Shown here: positions 30,692-40,240 of the stretch, piece after piece
Layout of the letters: every line of letters begins with the position of its first letter
How positions within the stretch are numbered: the first letter of the stretch is position 1
NCBI GenBank assembly: GCA_963762565.1
Contig: CAVXLD010000014.1
Span: 96,440 to 160,439, forward strand
DNA length: 64,000 nt
Direction: 5' to 3'
From: an uncultured Verrucomicrobiae bacterium
GTDB lineage: Bacteria; Verrucomicrobiota; Verrucomicrobiia; Chthoniobacterales; JAFAMB01
Position numbers and translations under genes: made by a program
The notes under the pieces: generated by a model
Seen by the model: only the letters and a program-made list of their open reading frames with translations
Databases searched by the model: none
What the model was told of the DNA's origin: nothing

Positions 30692-30964
30692 CCTCACACA
30701 AAGAGGCGCAAAGGGAAAGAGTCGGTAGGGCGAGGCTCCGGCGTGCCTGAGAGGGGTCGCAGCGCGGAATCGCATTTCATTGATATATGCCACCCAACGC
30801 CTGAAAGCTGCCGAGCCGGGGGTTGCGCCAGCCACGGCTCGGCAGCTCTTAGTCGGTGCCCGCCATATACCGACGAAACGTCATCTCACCCTGCGATCCC
30901 CTCCGGTTTTTTGGGAGCCTCGCCCTACCAAACTCCCCTTTGTGCCTTTGTGTCTTTGTGTGAG
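30692..30964. repeat. Nested palindrome: CACAAAG-type arms around an inverted GTAG-type REP pair
   Basis: Outer arms 30692-30715 and 30935-30964; GGTAGGGCGAGGCTCC at 30724-30739 and its reverse complement at 30914-30929. Confidence 0.85.
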
Positions 30965-30991
30965 ACTCTCTTCACTCCGTCTTCCATCACC

Positions 30992-31483
30992 ATGCAAATC
31001 CGAGATAAAGAGCCCGCGGATCAGGCTTGGATAGAATCAGTTTTGGATGAACGTTGGGGAGCTAATTTGACGGGAGTCATTATCGTTCATAACGAGGTTT
31101 TCGACGCCAGAACCTTACCCGCGTTAATTGCCGGGGAGCGAGATGGTCTGGCCATTTACAAGATAGGATCAACCGACACCGCGGCTTCCGCGGAATTGAT
31201 TTCGCTCGATGCAATCACGCCTGGTCAAGGTGTTGGAACCGCCCTTATCGAGGGATTGATTGCCAAGTTAAAGGAGCATGGAGTGGGGCGACTGCGGGTC
31301 ACCACCACCAATGACAACCTCAACGCCTTACGCTTCTATCAGCGGCGAGGCTTTCGCATCGTTGCTTTGCGCCCCGGAGCCGTAGATGAAGCGCGTAAAA
31401 TAAAACCAACGATTTCAGCCGTAGGCGAGTATGGGATCCCGATCCGAGACGAGATCGAGCTGGAGCTGCGGATCTACCACTGA
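30992..31483 (+). CDS. GNAT family N-acetyltransferase
   Basis: GQGVGTALI, TTTNDNLNALRFYQRRGF; start reassigned to 30992. Confidence 0.92.
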   Translation: MQIRDKEPADQAWIESVLDERWGANLTGVIIVHNEVFDARTLPALIAGERDGLAIYKIGSTDTAASAELISLDAITPGQGVGTALIEGLIAKLKEHGVGRLRVTTTNDNLNALRFYQRRGFRIVALRPGAVDEARKIKPTISAVGEYGIPIRDEIELELRIYH

Positions 31484-31500
31484 AAGCACATAGAACAAAT

Positions 31501-31616
31501 AAGGAGCCGGACTCCAGAACCCGGGAGGCGCTGAGCGTGCGCTAGCCAAGCTCCTGAGCCTCGTTCGCCCCGACGCCTCCTAGCTCCTAGATTCTGGCTC
31601 CTAGCTCCTAGCTCCT
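31501..31616. repeat. GGAGCTA-family module (degenerate left arm)
   Basis: Right arm CTCCTAGCTCCTAGATTCTGGCTCCTAGCTCCTAGCTCCT; left arm AGGAGCCGGACTCCAGAACCCGGGAGGCG. Confidence 0.75.
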
Positions 31617-31670
31617 TTCTTGCTTTGCGCTATTCTCTTCCTCTAATAACCCAACGAACTATCCGAAAAG

Positions 31671-32687
31671 ATGAAAAACAAAGTTAAATGGGGCGTGATA
31701 AGCACCGCCGATATCGGGATGAAAAAAGTGCTTCCTGCGATGCAGCGAGGCGAGTGGTGCGAACTCGCGGCGATCGCATCGCGAGACCTGAAGCGAGCTC
31801 AAGAGGCAGCGGCGGAGCTCGGTATCCCGAAGGCGTACGGATCATATGAGGAACTGCTGGCCGACCCTGAAATCGAGGCAATCTACAACCCTTTGCCCAA
31901 TCATCTGCATGTGCCCTTGTCGATCAAGGCCGCGGAAGCCGGCAAACATGTACTTTGTGAAAAACCGATTGGCATGACCACCGAGGAAGCGGTCACGCTT
32001 TTAGCGGCGCGGAACCGGACCGGGGTCAAAATTGAGGAAGCTTTCATGGTGCGGAGCCATCCTCAATGGAAGAAGGCCGTCGAACTAGTTCAGAGCGGCC
32101 GGATCGGCAAAGTGCGCTCAATAGCCGGTTGCTTCAGCTACAACAATCATGACCCGAAAAACATCCGCAACATCATCGAGTATGGCGGTGGCGGTATGAT
32201 GGATATCGGTTGTTATCTCATCTACACTTCCAGGTTCATTTTTGGAGAGGAACCGACGCGGGTAGTCGCCGTTATTGAAGAAGACCCCGATATGGGGACC
32301 GATATCCTCAGTTCCGGGGTTCTTCATTATCCGTCGGGGCACTGCATCTTCACCTGCAGCACGCAGCTCGTGCCCTATCAAAAGGTACAAATCTTCGGCA
32401 CCAAAGGCCGGGTCGAAATTGAGATCCCGTTCAACGCGCCACCCAATAAACCGTGCCGGATTTTTGTGGACGACGGCGCCGATCCCTCCGGCCGGAGCGC
32501 CGAGGTCATCGAGTTTGACGTTGTCGACCAGTACACGATCCAAGGAGATCTTTTCTCCCAAAGCATACGAGAAGGTACAGAGTTACCGGTGCCGCTCGAA
32601 GGTTCGATCAAAAACATGGCCATCATCGAGGCCGTGTTCCGCTCAGCCAAGACCGGCCAATGGGAAAAACCGGTTGTGCCGGAGTAA
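31671..32687 (+). CDS. Gfo/Idh/MocA family oxidoreductase
   Basis: IYNPLPNHLH, GKHVLCEKP, GGGGMMDIGCY. Confidence 0.95.
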   Translation: MKNKVKWGVISTADIGMKKVLPAMQRGEWCELAAIASRDLKRAQEAAAELGIPKAYGSYEELLADPEIEAIYNPLPNHLHVPLSIKAAEAGKHVLCEKPIGMTTEEAVTLLAARNRTGVKIEEAFMVRSHPQWKKAVELVQSGRIGKVRSIAGCFSYNNHDPKNIRNIIEYGGGGMMDIGCYLIYTSRFIFGEEPTRVVAVIEEDPDMGTDILSSGVLHYPSGHCIFTCSTQLVPYQKVQIFGTKGRVEIEIPFNAPPNKPCRIFVDDGADPSGRSAEVIEFDVVDQYTIQGDLFSQSIREGTELPVPLEGSIKNMAIIEAVFRSAKTGQWEKPVVPE

Positions 32688-32693
32688 AACAAC

Positions 32694-33037
32694 AACCGCA
32701 GATGAGCGCAGATGATAAGGTCTGGACGCGCAATACGATAGATTGAAACCCGCGGCGGATCGAGCAACGCCACCAAAAACAGGAATGATCCGCAGATTTC
32801 GCAGATTACGCAGATTACGTGCTGAGCTTTGATACGCCCGGCGAGAGAAACAAATCTTTCGTAACCGACACGTTCTCTTTTACCTGGCGGTGCTGGCTAA
32901 GCCCCGCGGACGAAATCTGCGCAATCTGTGTAATCGGCGGATAATTTCTGTCTGTTACACCGTGGTTCGGCCGAGTGACTGATCTCGGTTCAAACGTGTC
33001 ATTTGGTCCCATTCTAAATCTGCGTCAATCTGCGGTT
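32694..33037. repeat. Doubly nested CGCAGAT-type palindrome
   Basis: Outer arms 32694-32713 and 33018-33037; inner arms 32788-32819 and 32911-32942. Confidence 0.85.
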
Positions 33038-33100
33038 GGATTTACTCTTTTGCCTTCGCTTCCATTCGCGGTTTAGGAAAGTTCTCGCGCCGGCTTTGGA

Positions 33101-33466
33101 CTAACTCTTCCTGTGATGGATCGTCAGGGTGTTCCCGTCTGGATCAAGGACGGCGGCCATTCGGCACCCGGGGAAATCCAACGGTTCGATAACAAACTTG
33201 GTGCCGGCGTCTTTGAGTTCCTTGATCGCTTGATCGAAATCGGCGACTTCTAGCGCAACAGAACCACCGTCGGAAGATGGCTTGAATTTCTCGGCTCCGG
33301 CTCCGATCGCGACAACGCCGGAGCCAATCTCGTACTCGATCCAACCGACGCCCTCACCTTCGTAAACCATGCCCGGCTTTAGGCCAAGCGTCCCTTCATA
33401 GAATGCGCGTGCGCGCTTTAAGTCGGTTACAGGATAAACGCTGAATGCGATTTCGGTGACTTGCAT
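33101..33466 (-). CDS. VOC family protein
   Basis: PVTDLKRARAFYEGTLGL, DPDGNTLTIH. Confidence 0.92.
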   Translation of the reverse strand: MQVTEIAFSVYPVTDLKRARAFYEGTLGLKPGMVYEGEGVGWIEYEIGSGVVAIGAGAEKFKPSSDGGSVALEVADFDQAIKELKDAGTKFVIEPLDFPGCRMAAVLDPDGNTLTIHHRKS

Positions 33467-33616
33467 AGAGAGGCTGTTCTAGGGTTTGGGTTTTGGGCGA
33501 ATTGCCTCGGCAGTTGGGCCTGGTTTGTTTGGAAGCCGGACCCAGACGCGGCGACGGAAACTGTTCATGCGAACACATAGCGGTTCGTGTGCTATTGTCA
33601 AGGGTAGACTCAAGCC

Positions 33617-33685
33617 GGAGTGGTGGAGTGGTGGAGAACTGGAGTGATGGAGTAACGGAGTGTTGGAGTATTGGAGTATTGGAGT
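33617..33685 (+). repeat. Degenerate octamer tandem array (TGGAGTRK)
   Basis: GGAG recurring with period 8 about nine times; no mirror arm seen. Confidence 0.85.
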
Positions 33686-33804
33686 TCTGTATTTCCTGGC
33701 GGATTCGCACTTTGGTCATCGGCCCGCACTTTCGTTGCGATCAAAAGGGGTCGCCGGTCCGGCAGCTGCCGGACGAACAGCCACCTTACTTATGGGACAG
33801 GACA

Positions 33805-34269
33805 CTAATGCCATCCTAAAGTTCTATAACTCTCGATCAGCGCAACAAACGCCGCGGCGATAATGACCACACGAATTGCATTGAGCTGGTCCCAGCGCCG
33901 TCTTTGTTCCCGCCAATCTGGCGGCAGATTCCGGATATCCCAAGCTTTGACCCGATTGTTGATCGGCACCGGGCCAACGACGCTAAAAATAATAATGATA
34001 AGCCAGAGCAGCGTCGCGACGAGCAGCAGGACAGTCGAAATCGCCGGCCAATTCCACATGACAACGAGATGAAGAAGGTGCAACAACGCGGTCCCCCCCA
34101 TCCAGAAGGGCATGATCTTGCCAAATAATTTAGCGAAGACCTGAACCGCGGGAAGAAAGCGCTCATCATCCGTCCGGGATAGGGCCGGATGGATCAAGAA
34201 CCCGATACTGAATTCGTTGCCTAGGATGGTTCCGGTCGAAACAACGAGAATCAAGAATAACACGTCCAT
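33805..34269 (-). CDS. DUF1772 (anthrone oxygenase-like) membrane protein
   Basis: IMPFW, VPINNRV, PPDWREQRRRWDQLNAIR. Confidence 0.88.
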   Translation of the reverse strand: MDVLFLILVVSTGTILGNEFSIGFLIHPALSRTDDERFLPAVQVFAKLFGKIMPFWMGGTALLHLLHLVVMWNWPAISTVLLLVATLLWLIIIIFSVVGPVPINNRVKAWDIRNLPPDWREQRRRWDQLNAIRVVIIAAAFVALIESYRTLGWH

Positions 34270-34342
34270 TTGAAGAGACAGTCAGCGATTACGAAGTCGT
34301 TAAAACTTAAATGTCAAAAGGCGCCCCTATTTCGCGTTTCTC

Positions 34343-34735
34343 TCAAACGGCATGGATTAACAAAGGGCCGACCACAAGCATCACCGCGCAGGTTACGCCA
34401 TGAATTGAGAACGCTCGCGACTTCGACCCGCCCGACCCCAGAATGATTGACATGTCGCCAAGAGGGATGATGGCTAAAACGAGTAGTGCTATGCCTAGCG
34501 ACTGTCTGTCCGCGGTCAGCATCATTGTCAGCACAACCAATCCAGCTACCGCGTCCCGAATTCCTTTAAGACGTAGCCAGGCACGAGTGTCAGCATCGGA
34601 TGCAGGCGGCTTCAGACCAAATGTTCCTGAGATTCGTTCAGGCGATACCAGGTAGAAACAACCGATAGCAATGATCCCCACAGCAATGAGCGCGGCTAGA
34701 GAAAGCGGTATAGCCCTAAGCATAAAATATTTCAT
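34343..34735 (-). CDS. DUF4267 family membrane protein
   Basis: FGL, LKGIRD, IPLGD, IHGVT; start at 34735 or 34723. Confidence 0.85.
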   Translation of the reverse strand: MKYFMLRAIPLSLAALIAVGIIAIGCFYLVSPERISGTFGLKPPASDADTRAWLRLKGIRDAVAGLVVLTMMLTADRQSLGIALLVLAIIPLGDMSIILGSGGSKSRAFSIHGVTCAVMLVVGPLLIHAV

Positions 34736-34747
34736 TGATAGAATATC

Positions 34748-34829
34748 TAGCATCACTATAATAAATATAGCAAGGCTATATTTTACGGCAGCATTCGAAA
34801 AAGTTTCACCGTCCACCCTAGCGGCGCTA
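34748..34829. promoter_or_regulatory. Putative TetR operators TAGC-N3-GCTA
   Basis: ATATAGCAAGGCTATAT (34765-34781), TAGCGGCGCTA (34819-34829) and imperfect TAGCATCACTA (34748-34758) between the divergent DUF4267 and tetR genes. Confidence 0.65.
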
Positions 34830-34841
34830 TACTTCCTATCG

Positions 34842-35429
34842 ATGGCAACTAACCGAATTGCGGAACGAAAACTGCGGGACAAGCAGGCCCGCCGGGCACA
34901 GATCATCAGTGCCGCCCGACGAATCGCGGAGCTTGAAGGGTGGTCCAACGTAACCGTTCGGCGGCTATCCGACGAAATTTCATACAGCCAACCCGTCTTG
35001 TACGCTCATTTTGGAAGCCGCGAAGGGATTCTCGCCGCGGCTGCTATCGAGGGTTTTCAGGAGATGGGCCTGGCTTTGGAGAAGGCACGGAAACGGGTTC
35101 AGCGTGGAAATACGGTCGAGTCGGTCGCGGCCGCATATCTGGAGTTCGCCGCGTCTTCACCCGCACTGTATGAAGTGATGTTTTCGCTCAGTCTGAGCGT
35201 ACCGTTCGATGACGCGGCTACTCCTCCAGAGATGCGATTCGCGTTTTCCCAATTCCTGGAGTTGTTTCCGGGGCAGAGCTCGAAGTCAGAGGTTATATCG
35301 GAACTGTTTTGGGCGAGCCTCCATGGTATTGCCGAGCTAACCAGGACCAAGCGATTTAAGCGCAGCCGTCAGAAAGAGCGCGTGAGGGCGCTCGTCGAGC
35401 GCTTCACTTGTCCCGAAGGGACTAAATGA
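34842..35429 (+). CDS. TetR/AcrR family regulator (WHG-type C-terminus)
   Basis: HTH VTVRRLSDEISYSQPVLYAHF; WASLHG; start reassigned to 34842. Confidence 0.92.
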   Translation: MATNRIAERKLRDKQARRAQIISAARRIAELEGWSNVTVRRLSDEISYSQPVLYAHFGSREGILAAAAIEGFQEMGLALEKARKRVQRGNTVESVAAAYLEFAASSPALYEVMFSLSLSVPFDDAATPPEMRFAFSQFLELFPGQSSKSEVISELFWASLHGIAELTRTKRFKRSRQKERVRALVERFTCPEGTK

Positions 35430-35637
35430 AGGTAGCCAGGCATGAAATGCCTGGGCAATCGGCAAACAGGGTCCGTCCCGAAGGGAACGGTATGATCCGA
35501 GGCGCGAGGTTTTGTTCACGCCTAAGACAATGGTACACCCTCGCCGAGCGATCATACCGTACCCTCCGGGACGGGTCGCCTGGGATGCGTTCCCAGGCAT
35601 TTCATGCCTGGCTACCATCGTAAAGTCCCTTCGCGAC
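35410..35637. repeat. 228-bp foldback element (REP/MITE-like)
   Basis: 46-bp imperfect TIRs at 35410-35455 and 35592-35637; inner inverted pair at 35473-35497 and 35550-35574. Confidence 0.9.
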
Positions 35638-35734
35638 AAAACCTGATCCGATACCTGTCCACAAAATAGAAGCCACATCACTCCGCTCGACCGGATTCGA
35701 GGACGAGAACGAAGCCCGTAGTGCGGCACGGGCG

Positions 35735-36034
35735 CTACCCCACTTCCCAACAAGACGGTATCGGCGCTCTGAGTAGCGCAAGCAAAACAACGATCAAAAC
35801 CAACGCAAAACAAAGCAGCAGCGCTGCCCATCGGCCCGATACCAGGTTCGGTGCGATTTTGCTGGGTTCCCACGGAAACATTTTTGTGGTGTAACGCTCC
35901 ACATCAATCGCCTCCCCGGCCGGCACATTCGCGCTTGTATCGAACGCCGCCGAGCATTCCGCACACATCGCCGAGCCTGTGATATTGACCTCCCCACAGA
36001 CAGGACACCTGGAGCAGTCAGACTCCGCATTCAT
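35735..36034 (-). CDS. Hypothetical zinc-ribbon membrane protein
   Basis: CPVC...CAEC followed by a hydrophobic segment; may be degraded. Confidence 0.45.
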   Translation of the reverse strand: MNAESDCSRCPVCGEVNITGSAMCAECSAAFDTSANVPAGEAIDVERYTTKMFPWEPSKIAPNLVSGRWAALLLCFALVLIVVLLALLRAPIPSCWEVG

Positions 36035-36302
36035 CGGCCAAATGTACCCTACTTTGGCTTACGTGCAGCCAGGGAGGCGCAAGCCCGGGAGGGATCGCAT
36101 CCCCGCGATCCGTCGGAGCTGCGCGCGCTTTCCAGACCGAACGGGTTGAATATTCCTTACCGGCCCCCCCGGCGCGCGAGGACACGCGCCCTCCCGAGGA
36201 AATCGCTCGGACTGGACAAATACCGGTGTTGGTCAATTTTGAACACAGAAGATCGAGTGCATCAGCATCCGAAATGCGTATTTAGCTTGATCTAATCTGA
36301 TC

Positions 36303-38123
36303 ATGAGAACATCCCACAAGCCGCTAAGTCAGAACAAGCATTTGATTCGATGGGTCGAAAAGATGGTAGAGCTTTGTACGCCACAAGCTGTCCATTGGGT
36401 CGACGGTTCTGAGGAAGAGAATGCCCAGCTTCGCGCGCTATTGGTTAAAAACGGCACATTTGTCAAACTGAACGAAGACCTTTGGCCGGGATGTTACTAT
36501 GCGCGTTCAGATGCAGGCGACGTAGCCCGCGTCGAAGACCGCACCTTCATCTGCGCACTCTCAAAGTACGCAGCCGGCCCCACCAATAATTGGGTGGCTC
36601 CGCTCGAGATGAAGAAGACTCTCAAACGGCTTTTCAAAGGGTGCATGGCCGGGCGCACGATGTATGTCCTTCCCTTTTGCATGGGACCGATCGACTCTCC
36701 CATCTCCCAGATCGGCGTTGAGCTGACCGACTCTCCCTATGTGGTCGTCAGTATGCGGATCATGGCCCGCATTGGTATGCCGGTTTATGCCGAGATCGAT
36801 CGGGGCGAGAAACGGGTGGTCCCTTGCATGCATTCAGTAGGTGCTCCTTTGGCCCGCGGTCAAAAAGATGTTCCCTGGCCGTGCAATAAGGAGAAATACA
36901 TCGTCCATTTTCCGGAAACTCGTGAGATCTGGTCCTATGGCTCGGGCTACGGTGGGAATGCTCTTCTCGGGAAAAAGTGTGTCGCTCTTCGGATTGCCTC
37001 CAATATCGCGCGAGACGAGGGATGGCTGGCGGAACATATGTTGATTCTCGGCGTTGAAGATCCGCAAGGTGAGAAAACGTATGTGGCCGCGGCGTTTCCC
37101 AGCGCGTGCGGCAAGACAAACTTTGCCATGTTGATTCCGCCCAAACCTTTCAAAGAAAAAGGCTGGAAGGTTTGGACTGTCGGCGACGACATCGCCTGGA
37201 TCAGACCCGATAAAGAAGGGCGCCTTTTTGCCATCAATCCGGAAACCGGTTTTTTTGGAGTTGCCCCTGGGACATCGGAGAAGACGAATCCTAATGCCAT
37301 GGCGTCTCTATCGAGGAATACTATCTTCACTAACGTCGCTTTAACGCCAGAGGGAGGAGTGTGGTGGGAAGGGATGACCGAAAAACTTCCTGCCCGGCTG
37401 ACCGACTGGCAGGGTAACGAATGGACTCCAGAAATTGCTAAAAAGACGGGGGCAAAAGCCGCTCATCCAAATGCCCGGTTCACCGCTCCGGCCTCGCAAT
37501 GTCCGACAATTGATCCTGATTGGGAGAAACCTGAAGGTGTTCCCATTAGTGCGCTGATCTTTGGAGGACGCCGAGCGACGACCATCCCTTTGATTTTCCA
37601 AGCGTTCAATTGGTCAGGGGCGGTCTATACCGGAGCTACCATGGGATCGGAAATGACTGCAGCCGCAGCCGGTACAGTTGGTAAAGTGAGGCGCGATCCG
37701 ATGGCGATGCTCCCATTCTGCGGTTACAACATGGGCGAATACTTTAGACACTGGATTTCTTTGCAACGAAGTCTGAGCCAGACACCCCGCGTATTCCACG
37801 TCAATTGGTTCCGAAAAAACGGGAAAGGCGAATTTCTCTGGCCGGGCTACAGCGAAAACATGCGTGTCCTGAAATGGATTGTTGATCGAGCCAGAGGACG
37901 CGCGAGGGCCAAAGAAACGCCCATCGGCTGGATGCCTAATTATGAAGACTTGGATTGGACCGGACTCGATTTCTCCAAAGAACGGTTCGAGGAACTACAA
38001 AGATTTGATCGCACGGCCTGGCGTTCGGAAGTAATCGGGCATGAGGAACTCTTTCTCGACTTGCACGAAGGCTTGCCGAAAGAAATGGTTTACGAAAGAG
38101 AACTCCTAATTTGCCGGCTGTAG
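36303..38123 (+). CDS. pckG: Phosphoenolpyruvate carboxykinase (GTP)
   Basis: [54 protein letters not shown]. Confidence 0.97.
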   Translation: MRTSHKPLSQNKHLIRWVEKMVELCTPQAVHWVDGSEEENAQLRALLVKNGTFVKLNEDLWPGCYYARSDAGDVARVEDRTFICALSKYAAGPTNNWVAPLEMKKTLKRLFKGCMAGRTMYVLPFCMGPIDSPISQIGVELTDSPYVVVSMRIMARIGMPVYAEIDRGEKRVVPCMHSVGAPLARGQKDVPWPCNKEKYIVHFPETREIWSYGSGYGGNALLGKKCVALRIASNIARDEGWLAEHMLILGVEDPQGEKTYVAAAFPSACGKTNFAMLIPPKPFKEKGWKVWTVGDDIAWIRPDKEGRLFAINPETGFFGVAPGTSEKTNPNAMASLSRNTIFTNVALTPEGGVWWEGMTEKLPARLTDWQGNEWTPEIAKKTGAKAAHPNARFTAPASQCPTIDPDWEKPEGVPISALIFGGRRATTIPLIFQAFNWSGAVYTGATMGSEMTAAAAGTVGKVRRDPMAMLPFCGYNMGEYFRHWISLQRSLSQTPRVFHVNWFRKNGKGEFLWPGYSENMRVLKWIVDRARGRARAKETPIGWMPNYEDLDWTGLDFSKERFEELQRFDRTAWRSEVIGHEELFLDLHEGLPKEMVYERELLICRL

Positions 38124-38131
38124 CGCGCCGA

Positions 38132-38391
38132 CGTTTGGCGTTCGGCGTTTGGCGTTTGGCGGGCAACCCGCGATGGGAGGGCGCGCGTCCTCGCGCGCCG
38201 CGAACCGGTCTATAATTTTGGACCTAATCTTACGCTGGATCGGGTCTGTCGTGGGCTTCGAGAACAACTGATCGCGAGGACGCGATCCCTCCCCGCGATG
38301 GGTCCGCATTCGAGCACGAGCACGAAACGCCGAACCGCCGAACGCCGAACGCCGAACGCCAAACGCCAAACGCCAAACGCCAAACGCCAAA
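38132..38391. repeat. Palindromic module with GGCGTTT/GGCGTTC arms and nested GGGAGGG REP pair
   Basis: Arms 38132-38161 and 38325-38391; inner pair 38175-38195 and 38273-38293. Confidence 0.92.
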
Positions 38392-38488
38392 CCGCTAGAT
38401 AGCCCCTTTAAGCCATCAACACTATAAAATCGCCACTCCGCACTGCGGCATCGCCGAGGTGAGCATTGCCAGCTAATTGAAATGACTT

Positions 38489-38932
38489 ATGCGGTCCCTT
38501 GCTTTGAGCCTGTTAACGCTTGGACTTCTCACTTCACCTCAACTTACTTTGGCGGAAGAACCTGTCGTTGTGGTTTACAATGACCCCAGTCTCACCCGAC
38601 TAGAAAAAGAGATCGGTGTGACTCCGGCACAGAAAGACCGCTTTGACGATATCGTGGTCAAATATAGAGACCCGCAAGCCAGTAACAACGGCGGTGGCAG
38701 GACCGGAACGGATGCTGATTCGAACGCTACCCAGGGGTCAGGAGGAAGGCACGGAGGTGGCCGCGGCGGTGGAGGTGGAGGCGGTCGAGGGGGCTCGGCA
38801 TTCACCGGAGCTAAGGGCGATAACCTGCGCCAGGAATTAGACGAATTAGCGACCGTTTTGACCCCGGAACAGCTGAAGAAATTCAAGGACCTGAGTAAGC
38901 ACAAAAAGAAGCTCGAGCATGCGTCCTCGTAA
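38489..38932 (+). CDS. Secreted hypothetical protein, Spy/CpxP-like with Gly-rich insert
   Basis: Signal peptide; VTPAQK and VLTPEQ (LTxxQ-like) motifs. Confidence 0.7.
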   Translation: MRSLALSLLTLGLLTSPQLTLAEEPVVVVYNDPSLTRLEKEIGVTPAQKDRFDDIVVKYRDPQASNNGGGRTGTDADSNATQGSGGRHGGGRGGGGGGGRGGSAFTGAKGDNLRQELDELATVLTPEQLKKFKDLSKHKKKLEHASS

Positions 38933-38974
38933 CGCGCTGGATTCTTCAAGGCTCAGCATTCTCATTCAAGGTCT

Positions 38975-39064
38975 GGTAAGCAGTAAGCAGTGAGCGGTAA
39001 GCAGTACAGAAGCCGGCCGGCATCGGCTGCTGACTGCTGACTGCTTACTGCTTACTGCTTACTT
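38975..39064. repeat. Palindromic module with GCAGTAA arms
   Basis: Arms at 38975-39006 and 39031-39064. Confidence 0.9.
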
Positions 39065-39151
39065 GCCGTCCCCGGAGCCCCTGACCAAGCCATCCAACCC
39101 GAACCGCCGCTACAACTTGCCTTCCCGCGCATCAATACCGATGCTTACTTC

Positions 39152-39379
39152 ATGCGAACAACCGTCACTATCGACGAGGATGTTTACGTAAAAGTGAAGC
39201 AGATCGCGGGAGACTCCGGCCGCACATTTGGACAAGTTATTTCCCAACTCGCTCGCAAAGGCCTAAGCGCACAGCAGCCGTGCGATACAGAATCGGCAGC
39301 GCCTGTCTTCCGGATCCTGGTTGGCGCCGCGATGATTCCTGGAAACCGATCTGTCGTGATTCTTGATCAGGGCAAGTGA
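39152..39379 (+). CDS. VapB-like (RHH) antitoxin
   Basis: MRTTVTIDEDV...GQVISQLARKGL...PVF pattern; 75 aa. Confidence 0.8.
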   Translation: MRTTVTIDEDVYVKVKQIAGDSGRTFGQVISQLARKGLSAQQPCDTESAAPVFRILVGAAMIPGNRSVVILDQGK

Positions 39380-39388
39380 TGACCGCAA

Positions 39389-39679
39389 GTGTCCTGTCCC
39401 ATAAATAACGTGGCTTTCGTTGCGATCAAAATGGGCCGCCGGCAAGGCGCGAGGAGCGGAGCATATCTAAATCGATACGTGACCGACGAGCAACGCAGCC
39501 GCCGGCCCATTTTCATCGCAACCCTCCGGGCCGTGGCCAGGTGGCTGTTTTTCTGCGTTGCTCGCTCCTTACGTATCAATTTAGATATGCTCGTCGTTAG
39601 TGCCAGTGCGGCTCGCACCGCCTTGAAAAACAGCCAACTGACCGACGGCGAAAGCCACGCTATTTATGGGACAGGACAG
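39389..39679. mobile_element. 291-bp MITE with about 30-bp TIRs (IS630-like ends)
   Basis: TGTCCTGTCCCATAAATAACGTGGCTTTCG and CGAAAGCCACGCTATTTATGGGACAGGACA; related ends at 28254 and 33779-33807. Confidence 0.85.
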
Positions 39680-39697
39680 TAAGATCCCGCCAGAAAG

Positions 39698-40177
39698 ATG
39701 CAAAAAGTAAACACGAACAATCTCCCCGAGTTTTCTTGGTCGTCGCCAAAAGGAAAGTTTGCCGGCTCCGGCAAAGAAGTCTCGGAAGCCCTAGGACGCG
39801 ACCCGTCTTCAACCGACCTGAAAAAGCGGCACCCGTTTGATATCGAGATTTTGCGCATTCCACCCGGCAAGGCTCCGTATCCGTATCACTCGCACAGTGC
39901 GCAGTGGGAGTTTTATCATGTGATTTCCGGTAACGGCAAAGTCCGGCACCAAGATGGAACGACCGATATCGAACCGGGCGACGCGTTTCTTTTCCAACCA
40001 GGTGAACCACATCAACTGCTGAATGATGGGGCGCAAGACCTGGTTGTCTACGTGGTAGCAGATAACCCGATCGGCGAGTCAAACTATTACCCGGATAGTA
40101 ACAAATGGTCGGTACGTTCGCCCGAACGCAGAGTTATCCGATCCGAAAATCTCGATTACTTTGACGGAGAAGAGTGA
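39698..40177 (+). CDS. Cupin domain protein
   Basis: PYHSHSAQWEFY, PGEPHQLLN, YYPDSNK. Confidence 0.92.
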   Translation: MQKVNTNNLPEFSWSSPKGKFAGSGKEVSEALGRDPSSTDLKKRHPFDIEILRIPPGKAPYPYHSHSAQWEFYHVISGNGKVRHQDGTTDIEPGDAFLFQPGEPHQLLNDGAQDLVVYVVADNPIGESNYYPDSNKWSVRSPERRVIRSENLDYFDGEE

Positions 40178-40240
40178 GCCGGAGCGTCTCCGTTATCAGG
40201 ATTCATAACAATAGGATCGAGATTTTGTCCTTTTCACCCT

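Noticed and set aside
38735..38795. G-rich tract as a microsatellite arm
   Set aside because: It encodes the Gly-rich linker of the 38489-38932 protein in frame.
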